64,000 bases of DNA from Candidatus Saccharimonadota bacterium (GCA_024635455.1 JAGXIU010000002.1:108309-172308), one strand, 5' to 3'. Shown: positions 28,439-38,686, counted from the first letter of the stretch. Notes: generated by a model from the letters alone, not told the origin. Translations and numbers: made by a program.

Positions 28439-29365
28439 TTAAGCTGATTGCGCAAAATCTGCTACGGTTTGCTTGAGCGATATAGATGGCTCCCATTTTG
28501 TCTCTTGTTTTATCCTGCTATTATCACCGTACAAAATGGGTGAGTCTGATGGGCGAAAAAGCTTTTCATCTTGGACAGCTTCTGTATCGCTTCTGCCAAG
28601 CACGTCTTTTAATGTATCAAAAATAGTTTCTCCTGACACTGGCCTGCCTGTACATACGTTGTATATGTTGTTCTTAAGCTTAGGTTCGGTGGCAACTGCA
28701 ACGTAGGCTTTTGCTACGTCTCTCACGTCAGTATAATCTCGCTGGGTTGTAATATTACCGACAGCAATACTTGTCTTTCTGTCGGGCAAAGCTTTAATTT
28801 TTGCGAATAAGTCTGGAAGCAGGAAACCTTGATTCTGGCCAGGGCCAATGTGATTGAACGGTCGAACTACAATGCACTCCACTCCTTTTTTCGTGTAATT
28901 TTGAGCTGATTCTTCCATGGCGATTTTACTTTTTGCATATGGAGATGAATCAGGGTCCAAGGTAGACGACTCAGTTAACGGAAGGTCTTGCTGTGAAGAA
29001 TATACCGCTCCGCTGCTGACGGCGATAATGCGAATGTTTTTACGTTGGCTGGCTATGATGTGATCGGCTAGATTAGTCAAAACTTCGACATTTACTTTCA
29101 TATATAAGTCAGGGTTGTCGAAAGACGGCCCTACCGCTGCGAGACCAGCTAGATTAATTACCGCACGAACACCTTCAAGAGGAATTTTACTGACCGAGCC
29201 CTCGTCAGAAAGATCGCAGTGCATATACGGGTATTGTTTATTTTCTGGGACCGGCTCATCTTCTCGACTTAGTCCAACCGGTGACCATCCCTGAGCAGCT
29301 AATTCATACATCAAGTGTTTACCAACAAAGCCGTTCGATCCAGTAACAAGTATTTTCTTATTCAT
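28439..29365 (-). CDS. rmd: SDR epimerase/reductase, best fit GDP-4-keto-6-deoxy-D-mannose reductase (Rmd)
   Basis: 308 aa. It has ILVTGSNGFVGKHL, the catalytic YAKSK (Y-x3-K) and RPFNHIGPGQ. It converges on gmd with a 2-nt gap. Confidence 0.6.
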   Translation of the reverse strand: MNKKILVTGSNGFVGKHLMYELAAQGWSPVGLSREDEPVPENKQYPYMHCDLSDEGSVSKIPLEGVRAVINLAGLAAVGPSFDNPDLYMKVNVEVLTNLADHIIASQRKNIRIIAVSSGAVYSSQQDLPLTESSTLDPDSSPYAKSKIAMEESAQNYTKKGVECIVVRPFNHIGPGQNQGFLLPDLFAKIKALPDRKTSIAVGNITTQRDYTDVRDVAKAYVAVATEPKLKNNIYNVCTGRPVSGETIFDTLKDVLGRSDTEAVQDEKLFRPSDSPILYGDNSRIKQETKWEPSISLKQTVADFAQSA

Positions 29366-29446
29366 ACTAATTAGACTACATCACCTCTGTCCAAAACAGA
29401 AGTCTTCCTTGTGGCAACTGATATAAAAGAGTAAAATACCAAACTA

Positions 29447-30259
29447 GTGGAAAATTTGAAATCATTAAGACAGCGCTACAGCTACTCTATAATTTTACTA
29501 AAGCAGCTTGTAAAAACTGACTTTAAGCTGCGATATCAAGGCTCGGCTTTGGGCTATGTTTGGACACTGCTCAGGCCTCTAGCGCTATTCACCACACTGT
29601 TTATCGTTTTTGATAAATTTTTGAAAATTGGCGCGGCTATACCAGGTTATTCAGTTTATCTTTTGCTTGGTATCTTGCTCTGGAACTACTTCACTGAGGT
29701 CACCAATAATGGTATTTCGTCTGTGGTCGAAAAGGGTGAACTAATTCGCAAAATAAATTTTCCGAAATACGTCATTGTGTTGGCTGGTTCTTTCTCGGCA
29801 CTAATCAACTTATGTATTAATTTCATAGTACTCAGCATATTTATTTTGATAGTTGGGGTAGATATATCAGCTTACATTATCCTTTTGCCTCTGATATTGC
29901 TTCAGTTGTTTGTGTTTTCGCTCGCACTCAGCTTTTTATTTAGCGCTCTCTATGTAAAGTTTCGAGACGTCTCCTATATCTGGGAGGTGCTATTACAGGC
30001 AGCTTTCTACGCCACGCCAATTCTCTATCCACTTGCACTTGTGCCTGATATTGCGGCAAAGTTTTTGATGCTAAATCCAATGGCCCAAATTATTCAAGAT
30101 GCTCGGTATTTGTTGGTTACACAAGAGACAACTACTATAGATCAGCTGTATGGAACACACATGATTAGGCTAGTTCCGTACGGCATCGTACTAGCGTTCT
30201 GTTTATATTCTGTATATTACTTTAGAAAACAATCTGAGTTTTTCGCGGAGGAAGTATAG
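29447..30259 (+). CDS. wzm: ABC-2 type polysaccharide export permease
   Basis: 270 aa with a GTG start and six TM helices. It lies directly upstream of the ATPase. TAAAAT lies 9 nt before the start. Confidence 0.8.
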   Translation: MENLKSLRQRYSYSIILLKQLVKTDFKLRYQGSALGYVWTLLRPLALFTTLFIVFDKFLKIGAAIPGYSVYLLLGILLWNYFTEVTNNGISSVVEKGELIRKINFPKYVIVLAGSFSALINLCINFIVLSIFILIVGVDISAYIILLPLILLQLFVFSLALSFLFSALYVKFRDVSYIWEVLLQAAFYATPILYPLALVPDIAAKFLMLNPMAQIIQDARYLLVTQETTTIDQLYGTHMIRLVPYGIVLAFCLYSVYYFRKQSEFFAEEV

Positions 30260-30261
30260 GT

Positions 30262-31455
30262 ATGGCTAAAAACGAAAGCGCAATAGTAGTAAAAAACGTT
30301 TACAAACAGTTTAGGTTGCCCCACGAACAACAGAGCACCATTAAAGAGAAGTTCATCAATGGCGTAAGGCGTAAGAATAAAAAATATACAACTCAAAAGG
30401 CCATAAAGGGAGTCAGTTTCGATATAAAAAAAGGTGAATTTTTTGGCATAGTTGGGCGAAACGGTAGTGGTAAAAGCACGCTGCTTAAAATTTTAGCCGG
30501 CATTTATCAGCCGACACGCGGTAGCGTGTCTGTTCATGGAAGGCTGGTTCCTTTTATTGAGCTCGGTGTCGGATTTAATCCAGAGCTTACGGGGCGCGAG
30601 AATGTTTACTTAAATGGTGCGTTGCTTAACTTTAGCGTTCAAGAGATAGATTCATTTTATGATGAAGTAGTGAGGTTTGCAGAGCTTGAAGACTTTATGG
30701 ATCAAAAACTAAAAAATTATAGTTCGGGTATGCAAGTACGCTTGGCATTTTCTATGGCTATCCAAGCCAAGGCAGACATTCTTTTGGTTGACGAGGTTTT
30801 GGCGGTAGGGGATGCTGATTTTCAACAAAAGTGTTTTGGGTATTTCAGAAAACTAAAAAAACAAAAAACTACAGTTGTTTTTGTGAGCCATGACATGAGC
30901 AGTGTTAGGGAGTATTGTGACAGGGCTTTACTCGTCGAAGAGGGACGTGTCGCCAAAACCGGAACGCCTAATAATATCGCAGATGAGTATACTAAGCTCT
31001 TCATTGAGAGTCGTGTAGGTAAGTCCGATGGGAATCAGGGAGAATCTGCTCATCTAGGGACTGGCCAGGCTAAGATTAAAAACATAAAATCACAAAAAAC
31101 GATTACTAAAAAGAGTCAAAATTTAGAAATTGAGTTTGAGGTCCTGGCTAAAGTTAGATTAGAGGATATAGTGGTCGGATTTCGATGCAAGGATTCAGCT
31201 GATGCTGCAATAATGGGCACTAACACAAAACTAGAACAAATTAACAGCATATCTCTAGATGGCGGTGAAAAAGTAAGAATTAATTTTTCAATTCCTAACG
31301 TACTCAATAATGGAGAGTACGTTGTTGACCTAATGGTAGTGAGCTCGGACGGAATAGTATATGACTGGATTATTAATGCGGTAAAACTTAGCGTTAAAAC
31401 GGAAAAGAAAACGGGCTATTTGCTAGAGCCAACATACAGGGTTAAGGTTACATAA
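30262..31455 (+). CDS. wzt: Polysaccharide ABC exporter ATPase with C-terminal carbohydrate-binding-like extension
   Basis: 397 aa. Walker A is GRNGSGKSTL, the ABC signature is YSSGMQVRL and Walker B is ILLVDEVLAVGD. A ~140-aa beta-rich tail follows the NBD. Confidence 0.9.
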   Translation: MAKNESAIVVKNVYKQFRLPHEQQSTIKEKFINGVRRKNKKYTTQKAIKGVSFDIKKGEFFGIVGRNGSGKSTLLKILAGIYQPTRGSVSVHGRLVPFIELGVGFNPELTGRENVYLNGALLNFSVQEIDSFYDEVVRFAELEDFMDQKLKNYSSGMQVRLAFSMAIQAKADILLVDEVLAVGDADFQQKCFGYFRKLKKQKTTVVFVSHDMSSVREYCDRALLVEEGRVAKTGTPNNIADEYTKLFIESRVGKSDGNQGESAHLGTGQAKIKNIKSQKTITKKSQNLEIEFEVLAKVRLEDIVVGFRCKDSADAAIMGTNTKLEQINSISLDGGEKVRINFSIPNVLNNGEYVVDLMVVSSDGIVYDWIINAVKLSVKTEKKTGYLLEPTYRVKVT

Positions 31456-32562
31456 ATGTCTAGGGCTAAACTAGTTACACACTCCCAAAACCGTGAAGAC
31501 ATTATTTTGAGTGGATTCTTTAAGAACGTAAATCGTGGATTTTACGCGGACATAGGAGCCAACCATCCCACAGAAGACTCAGTGACTAGGCTATTTTATG
31601 ACGCGGGCTGGAGAGGTATAAATGTAGAGCCTAACACTAGGCTTTTTAAAAGCTTAGAAAAAAATAGACCCAGAGACATCAACGTAAATGTGGGCATTTC
31701 AGATAAACCAGGAGAACTAGAGATACGTGAATATGAAGGGTGGTACGCTGGACTTTCAACTTTCTCTAAAGAAATGCAGGCGCAGAACGATCCATCTATA
31801 AAATTTAGAGACGTTAAAGTCAAAACAATAACCTTGAAACAGCTTTTTGAAGAAAATAAAGTAAAAGATATTAATTTTATGAAAGTTGATGTTGAGGGAT
31901 ATGAGTATAATGTTTTAAAAAGTAATGACTGGGTTAAATACAGGCCTCAAATATTATGCATAGAAGCAAACCATAATTTTAAAGATTGGAGCACTATTCT
32001 TTCCGAGAATAGGTACATTAAAGTTTTCTTTGATGGTCTTAACGAATACTATGTAGCAGAAGAGCATAAGAATCTTGCAGAGAGATTCTCCTACGTTGAT
32101 AGCGTTATTGGGCCTGTAGTCATTGACGCTGAGACAAACGATAATATCCACAGTCTAGAGCATCGGAATGAACAGCTAACATCAGAACTAAACTCTTATA
32201 AGAGTGAAAATCTACAATTAAAAAGAGATATAATCGAGTTAAAAAAAGTTATTCCCTTACTAAAGCAGTTGTTCAAATCACTTGATGGTTCTTTCAGAAG
32301 AAGGATCGAGAAGCTTAATGAAAGAAAGAAAAAGAAGCAGCCAGACGAAGTGAACTTTGACGATACCCCTATGGATAAAGTGAGCGCAACTTCTTTGCTA
32401 AAAAAGATCCAGCTATACGACATGAGTAATTTTTATTCTAATAATTATGAAAAGGACAGGATTACGTACCGAGTAGTATCATCAACTTATAATTTTATAT
32501 CCAACTCCATGTTTAGTTTAGGAAAAGCGCTTCTTGGGCTGATAAGAAAGGTAAAAAGATAA
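31456..32562 (+). CDS. FkbM-family SAM methyltransferase with C-terminal coiled coil
   Basis: 368 aa. The ATG abuts the wzt stop (TAAATG). Motifs are YADIGANHP and INFMKVDVEGYEYNVL. A heptad-like segment is SLEHRNEQLTSELNSYKSENLQLKRDIIELKK. Confidence 0.8.
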   Translation: MSRAKLVTHSQNREDIILSGFFKNVNRGFYADIGANHPTEDSVTRLFYDAGWRGINVEPNTRLFKSLEKNRPRDINVNVGISDKPGELEIREYEGWYAGLSTFSKEMQAQNDPSIKFRDVKVKTITLKQLFEENKVKDINFMKVDVEGYEYNVLKSNDWVKYRPQILCIEANHNFKDWSTILSENRYIKVFFDGLNEYYVAEEHKNLAERFSYVDSVIGPVVIDAETNDNIHSLEHRNEQLTSELNSYKSENLQLKRDIIELKKVIPLLKQLFKSLDGSFRRRIEKLNERKKKKQPDEVNFDDTPMDKVSATSLLKKIQLYDMSNFYSNNYEKDRITYRVVSSTYNFISNSMFSLGKALLGLIRKVKR

Positions 32563-32563
32563 T

Positions 32564-34957
32564 ATGGTGTCCGAGAGAAAAATTGTATTTGATGGTCAGG
32601 TTTTTCAAAGTACAGCTTGGGACAGAGGAATGGGCAAGTACTCCTTAAATTTACTAAACGCCTTAAACCGTGACGAAAAATTCAACTACAAAGAAAAGTA
32701 TATAGTTTTTGCAGAAGGTACTGAACTTAATAAAGAAGCAAAAGAAGCTATAAAATCTGCTTGCCCCGGGGTAAAATTCGTATATTTAAAGTTGAAGCTT
32801 CCTAAAATAGTGCCCGGTGAGGACATAGTTCCCATAATTAAACATAATAAAAAAGTTTGTAGTGAGTTTACTTCAAGTATTTCTAATGATGGGAATGTTG
32901 ATTTCATGATACTTTCATTGCTGATAGACCAGTTCGTCGCTGCGTTCCCAGATGATTGCAGGAAAATGCTATTGTTTTATGACCTCATCCCACTTCAATT
33001 CTCCGACCGCTACGGAAAAATGTGGTCTTACCCTAACTATTTGAATAGATTTAAGGTTATTTTTGAGGCGGACGTAATATTTACCATCTCAGAAACAGTT
33101 TCCGATGACATTATTCTATACACTGGTATCGATAAAGAAAAGGTTCACAGTATTGTTGGTGGGGCCATTGATAGGTCTGATATTAAGTCCAAAAAACCGA
33201 ATATAGAAATACCTAATAAATACTTCCTAATGCCTTCTGGAGACGACTTAAGGAAGAACAACTTCAGGGCGGTTGAAGCTTTTGAGGAATTCAGAATGGC
33301 TACAGGTAAGGATAGCTTTAAGTTAATAATAACATCACACTTTCACGATAAAACCAAGCAACAACTAAGAGCTATTTCTGATGCTATAATATTTACAAAC
33401 AACGTTTCCGAACAAGAGCTAAAGTGGCTATATGAAAAAGCAGAAGCACTGCTCTTTGTGTCGGAGTACGAAGGGCTAGGTCTACCAATCCTAGAAGCCG
33501 CAGAATTCGATAAACCAATTGTTTGTTCAAATATAAGGGTATTCAACGAAATGTCTGAGACGGCGTTCTATTATGTAGATCAAAAAAATCCGTCCAATAT
33601 TTCTACTGGACTAGAACAAGCAGTAAAACGGAGTGGCTTTGAAAAGAAAAGAAAAGAATACGCTAAAATACTCGATCGTTATACATGGAGCAACACTGCT
33701 AAACAAGCTATTGAAATACTCAACCATAAACAAGCACCAAGCCAATCAAAAAAGCCAAAACTAGCTGTTTTTACACCCAATCCAGAAGGCTATTCTGCTA
33801 TCGGCAAGGTGGTAATGTTATCCCATGCATCATTAGCTGAGCACTTTAATATTGACTATTATGTAGAAAACGGAAGGTCGGGAAATAGCTTTAGTAGAAC
33901 AAGCTTTTTGAGTAGTATAGCCGAGGTCTATGACGCAAATAACTTTAACGCGAAAGATTATACAAAATATGACGCAATTCTATATCATATCGGGAACAGT
34001 GAATACCATATAAATGCAATAAAGAATGCATTGCACCTACCAGGCTATCTAATTATTCATGACACTAACTTAAAAGAAGCGTTTGAGGATGTCCTTGTTA
34101 GGTATGCGTATATTAGTCAGCCAAGAGTAAACCTTGAAAATGAACTTGAGAATTTACTAGGCGCTAAAAATGTTACATATCTATCGAGCCTTATCAACAA
34201 CTCATTAGGGGTAGTGGTACACTCTGAATATGCAAAAGAGGCCGTAAAATCAACCTTGGTAAATAATCCAGAAATAGAAAAGCTCAATTTACCAATCGGG
34301 GTGCCAAATAGAAAGCCTAGGAAGCTTCGTTCAAATAGATTTAACCTTGGGTTTGCAGGGATAATCCACAAAGCAAAGGGCTTAACCTTAGTTGAAGACA
34401 TTGCGAATAGCGCTGATTTTCAAGACATAGATATATTCATATTCGGTGTTCCTCTCGTGGAGCCTGGTGTTATAGAGAGCTTAGAAAAATTACCTAACGT
34501 CCATATTCAAAAAAATCTTACTGATTTTGAGTTCGAAACTAAGCTTTCGGAAATGGATGCTATCGTTAGCTACCGCCCAAACTATAATGGCGAGACATCA
34601 CTAACAGTTATGGAGGCTTTAAGGCACGGGGCAGTACCGATTGTAAGAAAAATAGGCTGGTTTGATGAGCTGCCAAACGAAGCAGTTATGAAGGTAAGAG
34701 ATGAAAAGGATGTACTAACTGCGCTAAAGGCCCTCACAGATGACAAGAGGCTATTAAATTCGAAAAAACGTGCCGCGAAGAAATACGCAGAAGAGAACCA
34801 TAGTTATCTGGGATATGCAGAAGGCTTACACCAGCTAATTACGAAAAAGATAAGCGTACATAAGGAGGGCACAACAAGTTACAGCATCTCTACTGCCCTC
34901 AAAAACAAAAAGACAAAACGAGAAATAATAAAGCTGATACTAAATAGCCAGACCTAA
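32564..34957 (+). CDS. Dual-domain GT4-type glycosyltransferase (WbdA/WbpX-like polymerising enzyme candidate)
   Basis: 797 aa. Two GT-B signatures are present: EYEGLGLPILEAAEFDKPIVCSN and NGETSLTVMEALRHGAVPIV. Confidence 0.8.
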   Translation: MVSERKIVFDGQVFQSTAWDRGMGKYSLNLLNALNRDEKFNYKEKYIVFAEGTELNKEAKEAIKSACPGVKFVYLKLKLPKIVPGEDIVPIIKHNKKVCSEFTSSISNDGNVDFMILSLLIDQFVAAFPDDCRKMLLFYDLIPLQFSDRYGKMWSYPNYLNRFKVIFEADVIFTISETVSDDIILYTGIDKEKVHSIVGGAIDRSDIKSKKPNIEIPNKYFLMPSGDDLRKNNFRAVEAFEEFRMATGKDSFKLIITSHFHDKTKQQLRAISDAIIFTNNVSEQELKWLYEKAEALLFVSEYEGLGLPILEAAEFDKPIVCSNIRVFNEMSETAFYYVDQKNPSNISTGLEQAVKRSGFEKKRKEYAKILDRYTWSNTAKQAIEILNHKQAPSQSKKPKLAVFTPNPEGYSAIGKVVMLSHASLAEHFNIDYYVENGRSGNSFSRTSFLSSIAEVYDANNFNAKDYTKYDAILYHIGNSEYHINAIKNALHLPGYLIIHDTNLKEAFEDVLVRYAYISQPRVNLENELENLLGAKNVTYLSSLINNSLGVVVHSEYAKEAVKSTLVNNPEIEKLNLPIGVPNRKPRKLRSNRFNLGFAGIIHKAKGLTLVEDIANSADFQDIDIFIFGVPLVEPGVIESLEKLPNVHIQKNLTDFEFETKLSEMDAIVSYRPNYNGETSLTVMEALRHGAVPIVRKIGWFDELPNEAVMKVRDEKDVLTALKALTDDKRLLNSKKRAAKKYAEENHSYLGYAEGLHQLITKKISVHKEGTTSYSISTALKNKKTKREIIKLILNSQT

Positions 34958-34959
34958 CG

Positions 34960-37900
34960 TTAAGGAACAGTTACGTATAGCCAGACGAGTTGCTGGCCCA
35001 TGCTCCAAGGTGAACCGCCTTCAACAATTGGGCGGAACACTTCTTTATAGATACCTGGCTCAGCGTTGACAGGAACCGAGAAGGTAAATGTAAACTCGCC
35101 AATTTGTCCCGGCTTCACAACGTGCTGGTTACTTGCAAGCGTAACGCCATCATCTTCATATACTGCCGAAAACCTGACAGCAGGGCGGTTAGAGGTGACA
35201 AAACTAGCGTTCAACAAGCTAATCCGATTAATCGGGCTAGCTGTAGCCAGTGTGACGTGCTTTAACCCGGGAGGTTTTGAAACGGTGTCGTACCAAGGAG
35301 AGTTGCCTTCGTTTCTAAACCTGAAGTAGGATTGTGCAGATGACCCTTGTGGTATAGTCGGAAAACTTGACTGCCCAGTGAAGACTGCCGAATAATGGGC
35401 TTCGATTACAACTATATCCATCCACACCTTTTGTTCCAGGCTCCACGAAGAACCGCCCTCCAGGATTGGCTGGAACCACTCTCGGTGTTTACCGGATTTT
35501 AAATTCTGGGGAGCATTAAGTGTAAATGTAAACTCGCCAATTTGTCCCGGCTTCACAACGTGCTGGTTACTTGCAAGCGTAACGCCATCATCTTCATATA
35601 CTGCCGAAAACCTGACAGCAGGGCGATTGCTTCTGTCGAATCTGGCATTGAAATTGCTGTTACGGTTAATGGGGCTCGTGCTCGCTAAAACCACAGGTTT
35701 AATTCCATTCACTTGGGCGGATACTAGGTCATGCCATGCAATGTCACCAGTATTTTCGAATCGGAAATATACACTCCGGTTGCTATTTTGTCGCATAAAG
35801 GGGTAAGCGGACTGACTATGAAAAGTTGCTTTATGGGTGGGCTTGGGTGTAATGATTGAAGCTTTCTGAGCGATCAGGCCAATATCCACTTCATCGATGC
35901 TGGGACTTAGGGTGTGTGAGCGGGTACCTTCAGTCTGTGGGGCATTATATACAACAGTAAAAGACCCTATGTCACCCGGATCAACAGTAGATTCATTTAG
36001 CTGGGATACTCGACTACTACTCAGCCAGCTATCATCCTGTAACCGCGAAACATTACCATCTAAAGCATCAAGAAAAGTTGTAGCTTGCGACCATGTAGTA
36101 GACCCAGTATTTCTAAAGCTATAAGTAACCGAATCAGACGTCAGAGCATTAATAGTTGTTCGGCGATTTGTGGTCAGGGCTTTTGCGCTAGGTGAATCAG
36201 CGGTTGTCACATTCAGCCAAACATTTGTATTGGTGGTTATAACTCCGTAGCCACCATCATTCACCGGTACAAAATACTCACTCAAAGTACCCGGCGTATG
36301 ATTGTCTGGTACGATGAAGTTGAATGCAAACTTTGCCGACTCCCCAGGTTTTACTCTGTGGGGGTTGGTGTCGTATGCGGTACCATCTGTTTTGTAAACT
36401 GTATGGAATGTTCCTGCGGGCCTGTTTCGGCCACTACCCCATGAGCTGTCGCCGAAAACGCTGGCACGGTTTATTGGGCTAGTGGTGGCTAGACGTGTAG
36501 GTTTTGTGCCTTTAGGGGCTTTGCTTAGCCCTGCGTTATCAAACCAGTTAACGTTGCCAGTATTTTTGTAAGTTATGAAAGCAGGTTTTGACTCACCACC
36601 TCTGAGCGTTGGGTAAGCTGATTGAGTTACATAGTCTGCAGCGTAAAATTTTTGCACCTTAATATCAATCCACGGTGTAATATATGTAGGCATAACCCCA
36701 AAGCTGCTGCCCTCGACAATTAGACCGAAATGCTCGCGATAGTTACCAGCCTCTTTGTCTGATGGTACTGTTATATCAAAAGCAAACTTTGCCGACTCCC
36801 CAGGTTTTACGATATGAGGGTTAGTATCATAGGCGGTACCATCCATCCTGTATACGATATCGAATACTCCTGTGGGCCTATTACTTCCTGACCCCCAGGA
36901 AGAGTTGCCAAAATCACTCCACCGATTAACCGGGCTTAATGTCGAAAGGCGCACAGGTCTTGCGTTGTTTTGTGATGCAGTAGTGTTGTCATACCAGGCC
37001 CAATTTCCTGAATTCCTGAAAGTTATATGTACAGTAATGGTCTGACCAGGCGAGACGGTTGGATGTGAGGACTGACCAGCGTGCATGGCATGGTAGTTGT
37101 AGCCGAGTGTTGTACCAAACCAATCATTGAACATACGCCAGAAGTTACGATTGCCGTACGAACTGCAGCCATTTCCGGTACCATATAGATTATCCAGTGC
37201 GGCCTGGTTAGGGCGGTAAGGCGTATAAATGTATAACGCTGCCGTGGCCTGGTTTTGTATAAAGACATTTGATGTACCACAATTTATGTCGGGGTGCCAT
37301 AGAATCGTGTTATTCCGATTCGCGCGGTAATTGTACCCATCTGCGTTTATCTCATATATTTTGAACCTTTCGGCGCTATAGTACATCTGTTTAAAGAACC
37401 CAAGGTAGTCAGGATCGCAATTATACGGTGACCAAGAGGAAGGGTAGCTGTCCGGGCATGAGACGCCGGTAGCTTTCTTGTATTGAAGCTCCCATGGCCA
37501 GTCGTCAGTTACTAAGGATTGTTCTTTTTGTAGGAGTACTAACATGACCTGTGGGTTAATGCCGCAGCTTTGCGCAATCTTGTGTAAGATTTGCGCGATT
37601 GTTTCGTTACTCTCGCCAGAGTAACCTCCGCACAGTCCACTTACAGGATTGATATCGTTTGTGTTCATAGTATATTCATTCAGGCAGGTGTAGGGTGCTC
37701 TAGAGCCACGCCAATCGCCATCACGCTGGTACACGCGTTCTCCATAGGTTGCTCGAGAAGTTGTCACCCATGTGTCACGGGAATCGTTTAGTCTGAGAGG
37801 ACTAGCACGGTAGTAGTACGAGTAACTTTTACTGCCGTTTGTGTCACAGTTCGGCTGTTTACTATCCAAAAAATTTTGAATCTGGTTTATTGACATAGCG

Positions 37901-38070
37901 TCTTTGTTATAGAAAACAGAATCGTCAATTATCCTGCCGGCATCAAAATCCGATCCACTTAATGCACTTGTGGTTTGTGTCGAAGTAGAGGCAATAGCTA
38001 TAACTGCAAACAATATGATTGTGCTGAATATCCCCGAAAACCGAACTAGTTTTAAAAGTGGTTCTATCAT
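34960..38070 (-). CDS. Secreted 1036-aa protein: lysozyme-like N-domain plus five Ig-like (NBR1-type, tentative) repeats
   Basis: It has a signal anchor. The N-domain contains INPQVMLVLLQKEQSLV and many Cys residues. Five repeats have N-x-G-x3-W cores (FRNSGNWAW, YKNTGNVNW, FRNTGSTTW, FENTGDIAW, FRNEGNSPW). Confidence 0.6.
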   Translation of the reverse strand: MIEPLLKLVRFSGIFSTIILFAVIAIASTSTQTTSALSGSDFDAGRIIDDSVFYNKDAMSINQIQNFLDSKQPNCDTNGSKSYSYYYRASPLRLNDSRDTWVTTSRATYGERVYQRDGDWRGSRAPYTCLNEYTMNTNDINPVSGLCGGYSGESNETIAQILHKIAQSCGINPQVMLVLLQKEQSLVTDDWPWELQYKKATGVSCPDSYPSSWSPYNCDPDYLGFFKQMYYSAERFKIYEINADGYNYRANRNNTILWHPDINCGTSNVFIQNQATAALYIYTPYRPNQAALDNLYGTGNGCSSYGNRNFWRMFNDWFGTTLGYNYHAMHAGQSSHPTVSPGQTITVHITFRNSGNWAWYDNTTASQNNARPVRLSTLSPVNRWSDFGNSSWGSGSNRPTGVFDIVYRMDGTAYDTNPHIVKPGESAKFAFDITVPSDKEAGNYREHFGLIVEGSSFGVMPTYITPWIDIKVQKFYAADYVTQSAYPTLRGGESKPAFITYKNTGNVNWFDNAGLSKAPKGTKPTRLATTSPINRASVFGDSSWGSGRNRPAGTFHTVYKTDGTAYDTNPHRVKPGESAKFAFNFIVPDNHTPGTLSEYFVPVNDGGYGVITTNTNVWLNVTTADSPSAKALTTNRRTTINALTSDSVTYSFRNTGSTTWSQATTFLDALDGNVSRLQDDSWLSSSRVSQLNESTVDPGDIGSFTVVYNAPQTEGTRSHTLSPSIDEVDIGLIAQKASIITPKPTHKATFHSQSAYPFMRQNSNRSVYFRFENTGDIAWHDLVSAQVNGIKPVVLASTSPINRNSNFNARFDRSNRPAVRFSAVYEDDGVTLASNQHVVKPGQIGEFTFTLNAPQNLKSGKHREWFQPILEGGSSWSLEQKVWMDIVVIEAHYSAVFTGQSSFPTIPQGSSAQSYFRFRNEGNSPWYDTVSKPPGLKHVTLATASPINRISLLNASFVTSNRPAVRFSAVYEDDGVTLASNQHVVKPGQIGEFTFTFSVPVNAEPGIYKEVFRPIVEGGSPWSMGQQLVWLYVTVP
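35084..35625. repeat. 104-bp perfect direct repeat inside the 1036-aa gene (35084-35187 and 35522-35625)
   Basis: I compared the two copies base by base and found them identical. The offset is 438 bp (146 codons). A second 29-bp identical pair lies at 36326-36354 and 36782-36810, offset by 456 bp. Confidence 0.95.
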
Positions 38071-38074
38071 GTCG

Positions 38075-38686
38075 TTATTTAATTGTTAGCGCCCTTGAAT
38101 CTGACTTTCCTTTAGCGTTATCTGATTCGTAAGTTACAACCAGTCTCCACTCGCCAGCATTTGGGAAGTCGGACACGGGAGTAGATAGGTTTCTACAGTT
38201 AGTCGTTCTAGCGTCTGTATAAGCTTCTGTTTCTTTGGTAAAAACAAGCTCGTTTTGAGTGAAGGTGAATGTACACGTACCCTTCTGGAAATAGTCTGAA
38301 ATAAATGCACGAGCCTCTACGACATCATTGTACTGATTCGCATCTACTATTATAACACTAGCGGGTTGCTTATCTTTGCTTTCGCTGTTATTTGCGGCAG
38401 ATGAGCTGTCTTCGTTATTCTGAGCTTTGCTGTCGTTATCTTCAGAAATACGAGCTTTTTGCTTATCACCCGCTTGTCTTTCTTCTTCCGACGGGGGGTC
38501 GTAGTTGATACCGCCATTCTCTTGATGTTCTGTATCGATGCCCCTTATAGATATATATGCATATACGCCTAATCCGATAAGGATCAAAACTATGATAATA
38601 GCCAAAACATTTTTTTTGTTGTTATTCTGGGCGTTATTTTTACTATATTTCATTATTTTTATTTTAAATCTTTTGTCATTTGTCAT
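38075..38686 (-). CDS. Bitopic hypothetical protein (start uncertain)
   Basis: 203 aa. An N-terminal TM is followed by an acidic Ser/Asn-rich linker and a small Cys-containing domain. The stop lies 4 nt before the start of the 1036-aa gene. Confidence 0.5.
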   Translation of the reverse strand: MTNDKRFKIKIMKYSKNNAQNNNKKNVLAIIIVLILIGLGVYAYISIRGIDTEHQENGGINYDPPSEEERQAGDKQKARISEDNDSKAQNNEDSSSAANNSESKDKQPASVIIVDANQYNDVVEARAFISDYFQKGTCTFTFTQNELVFTKETEAYTDARTTNCRNLSTPVSDFPNAGEWRLVVTYESDNAKGKSDSRALTIK

